From an uncultured Clostridia bacterium (GTDB lineage Bacteria > Bacillota > Clostridia > TANB77 > CAG-508): a stretch of 64,000 nucleotides of DNA. Positions 63,266 to 64,000 of the stretch are shown piece after piece. The stretch is taken from the NCBI GenBank assembly GCA_944386655.1, contig CALXBX010000004.1, positions 2,595 through 66,594 on the forward strand, given 5' to 3'. Each line of letters starts with the position of its first letter. Positions within the stretch are counted from its first letter, which is position 1. The notes under the pieces are model-generated. The model did not search any database. It had not been told where the DNA came from and saw nothing but the letters and a program-made list of their open reading frames with translations. A program made the position numbers and the translations under genes.

Positions 63266-64000
63266 TTATTTGGTATAATAATATGCGTTAATGTCTTCTG
63301 CTAAATGCCACTGACCTATAAAGTCTACTACTAAATTGTTTTCTAATGTATAGGTTGGTTCTACTACTACATTTCCCTGTGCATCTATAGCTCCCCATTT
63401 TCCGTCTTTTTTTACTGCTACATAACCATAGTTATTTTGTTCTGTAGCATCATCATAAATATAATTTATTACTACCACACCTTCCCCATTTACATAGCCA
63501 TATTTTCCATCTTGTTTGCTTAAGAATAGTGTGTTGGTAGATAATATCTCTGTATTTGGTTTTTGTTCTAATCTAAAATTATAATATTGATAGTCTTCTC
63601 CTACTCTTACACGAATATAGTTTTTATTTGTATTAATTTCACTAACAATTCCGGTTACTTTTACTGCAAAATTTCTATCTAACAATTCAGATTGTCCATC
63701 GCTATTTTCTGCTTGTATGAAGTCTGCTTCTCTATGGTATACGATACTTGCATAATTAAAATCCATTTTAGTTTGATTGCTTGTATCTATCATACCATAT
63801 TTCCCTTCTTTCTGTGCTATATAATTAGTATCAAAAGCATATGTTAATGAAGTGTATTCTACTGGAATTAATTCTTGTCCATTTTCTGTAACTACTCCAT
63901 ATGTTCCATTTTTTTGTATTGTAATGGCATTTGGCTGGATTTCTACTACACTATCGAAGCCACCCTCTATTTTTACGTTTTCGTCTTCATCAATTACTTT
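63266..64000 (-). CDS. WG-repeat (KWG-like) protein; the 5' end lies outside the window
   Basis: Repeats such as KDGKWGAIDAQGNVVVEPTY, QDGKYGYVNGEGVVVINYIY, KNGTYGVVTENGQELIPVEY and KEGKYGMIDT. The frame stays open upstream of the track's ATG to the window edge (manual translation of 63794-64000). Confidence 0.7.
   Translation of the reverse strand, partial: KVIDEDENVKIEGGFDSVVEIQPNAITIQKNGTYGVVTENGQELIPVEYTSLTYAFDTNYIAQKEGKYGMIDTSNQTKMDFNYASIVYHREADFIQAENSDGQSELLDRNFAVKVTGIVSEINTNKNYIRVRVGEDYQYYNFRLEQKPNTEILSTNTLFLSKQDGKYGYVNGEGVVVINYIYDDATEQNNYGYVAVKKDGKWGAIDAQGNVVVEPTYTLENNLVVDFIGQWHLAEDINAYYYTK

Noticed and set aside
1-64000. rRNA, tRNA, tmRNA, RNase P, T-box or SAM riboswitch candidates in the longer intergenic regions (e.g. 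28212-28598, 40370-40841)
   Set aside because: Visual scanning found no conserved cores of these RNAs. The absence is not proven without covariance-model searches.

Overview
This is an AT-rich chromosomal segment that looks like Bacillota (Clostridia- or Erysipelotrichia-like; sortase, PASTA-domain PBPs, gdpP-rplI-dnaB synteny). TGA is used as a stop codon, so it is not a code-4 genome. About 50 genes are present and nearly all sit on the minus strand. Reading by coordinate: (1) a flavodiiron gene fragment, an orphan pilin-like gene and a cell-wall glycopolymer cluster (GT2, PP2C-like, pyruvyl transferase, GT2+GT-D fusion); (2) a two-gene AAA-ATPase + RloB (AbiL-like) defence module; (3) the head of a dcw cluster (mraZ with textbook MraZ boxes, rsmH, ftsL, class B PBP). 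That PBP carries a 1-nt frameshift, and no mur/fts genes follow it. Next come (4) sortase, rsmA and a second, intact PBP paralog; (5) housekeeping genes (SDR, ftsH, tilS, dnaB, rplI, gdpP, mtaD); and (6) a visibly more AT-rich four-gene operon wedged between mtaD and rpoC. This operon encodes a divergent GTP-cyclohydrolase-II-like fusion protein, a CYTH protein, a clear Qng1/DUF2419 homolog and an orphan protein. I consider it the best candidate for an undescribed system (guanine- or 7-deazaguanine-nucleotide processing, possibly defence). Then follow (7) rpoB-rpoC without flanking ribosomal-protein genes; (8) MazG-like, SPFH/zinc-ribbon and Tim44-like genes; (9) a ~2570-aa MucBP/CnaB/DUF11 surface protein with a non-canonical sorting signal; (10) an OmpR/HisKA two-component system, an AI-2E transporter, xth, a G5/3D protein, lemA-htpX, a frameshifted PIN toxin locus, tatD, acpS, an orphan membrane protein and a WG-repeat protein. 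The second main finding is a family of 29-nt quasi-palindromic elements with consensus TGCAATTTAAGGAACGTCCCTAAATTGCA. It occurs at 8 loci between 43.6 and 62 kb, almost always within 0-10 nt of a stop codon. One locus is a 69-nt perfect palindrome filling the RR-HK intercistronic gap, and two loci are inverted pairs. I recognised no rRNA, tRNA, CRISPR array, transposase or integrase. All calls rest on reading motifs by eye, since no searches could be run.
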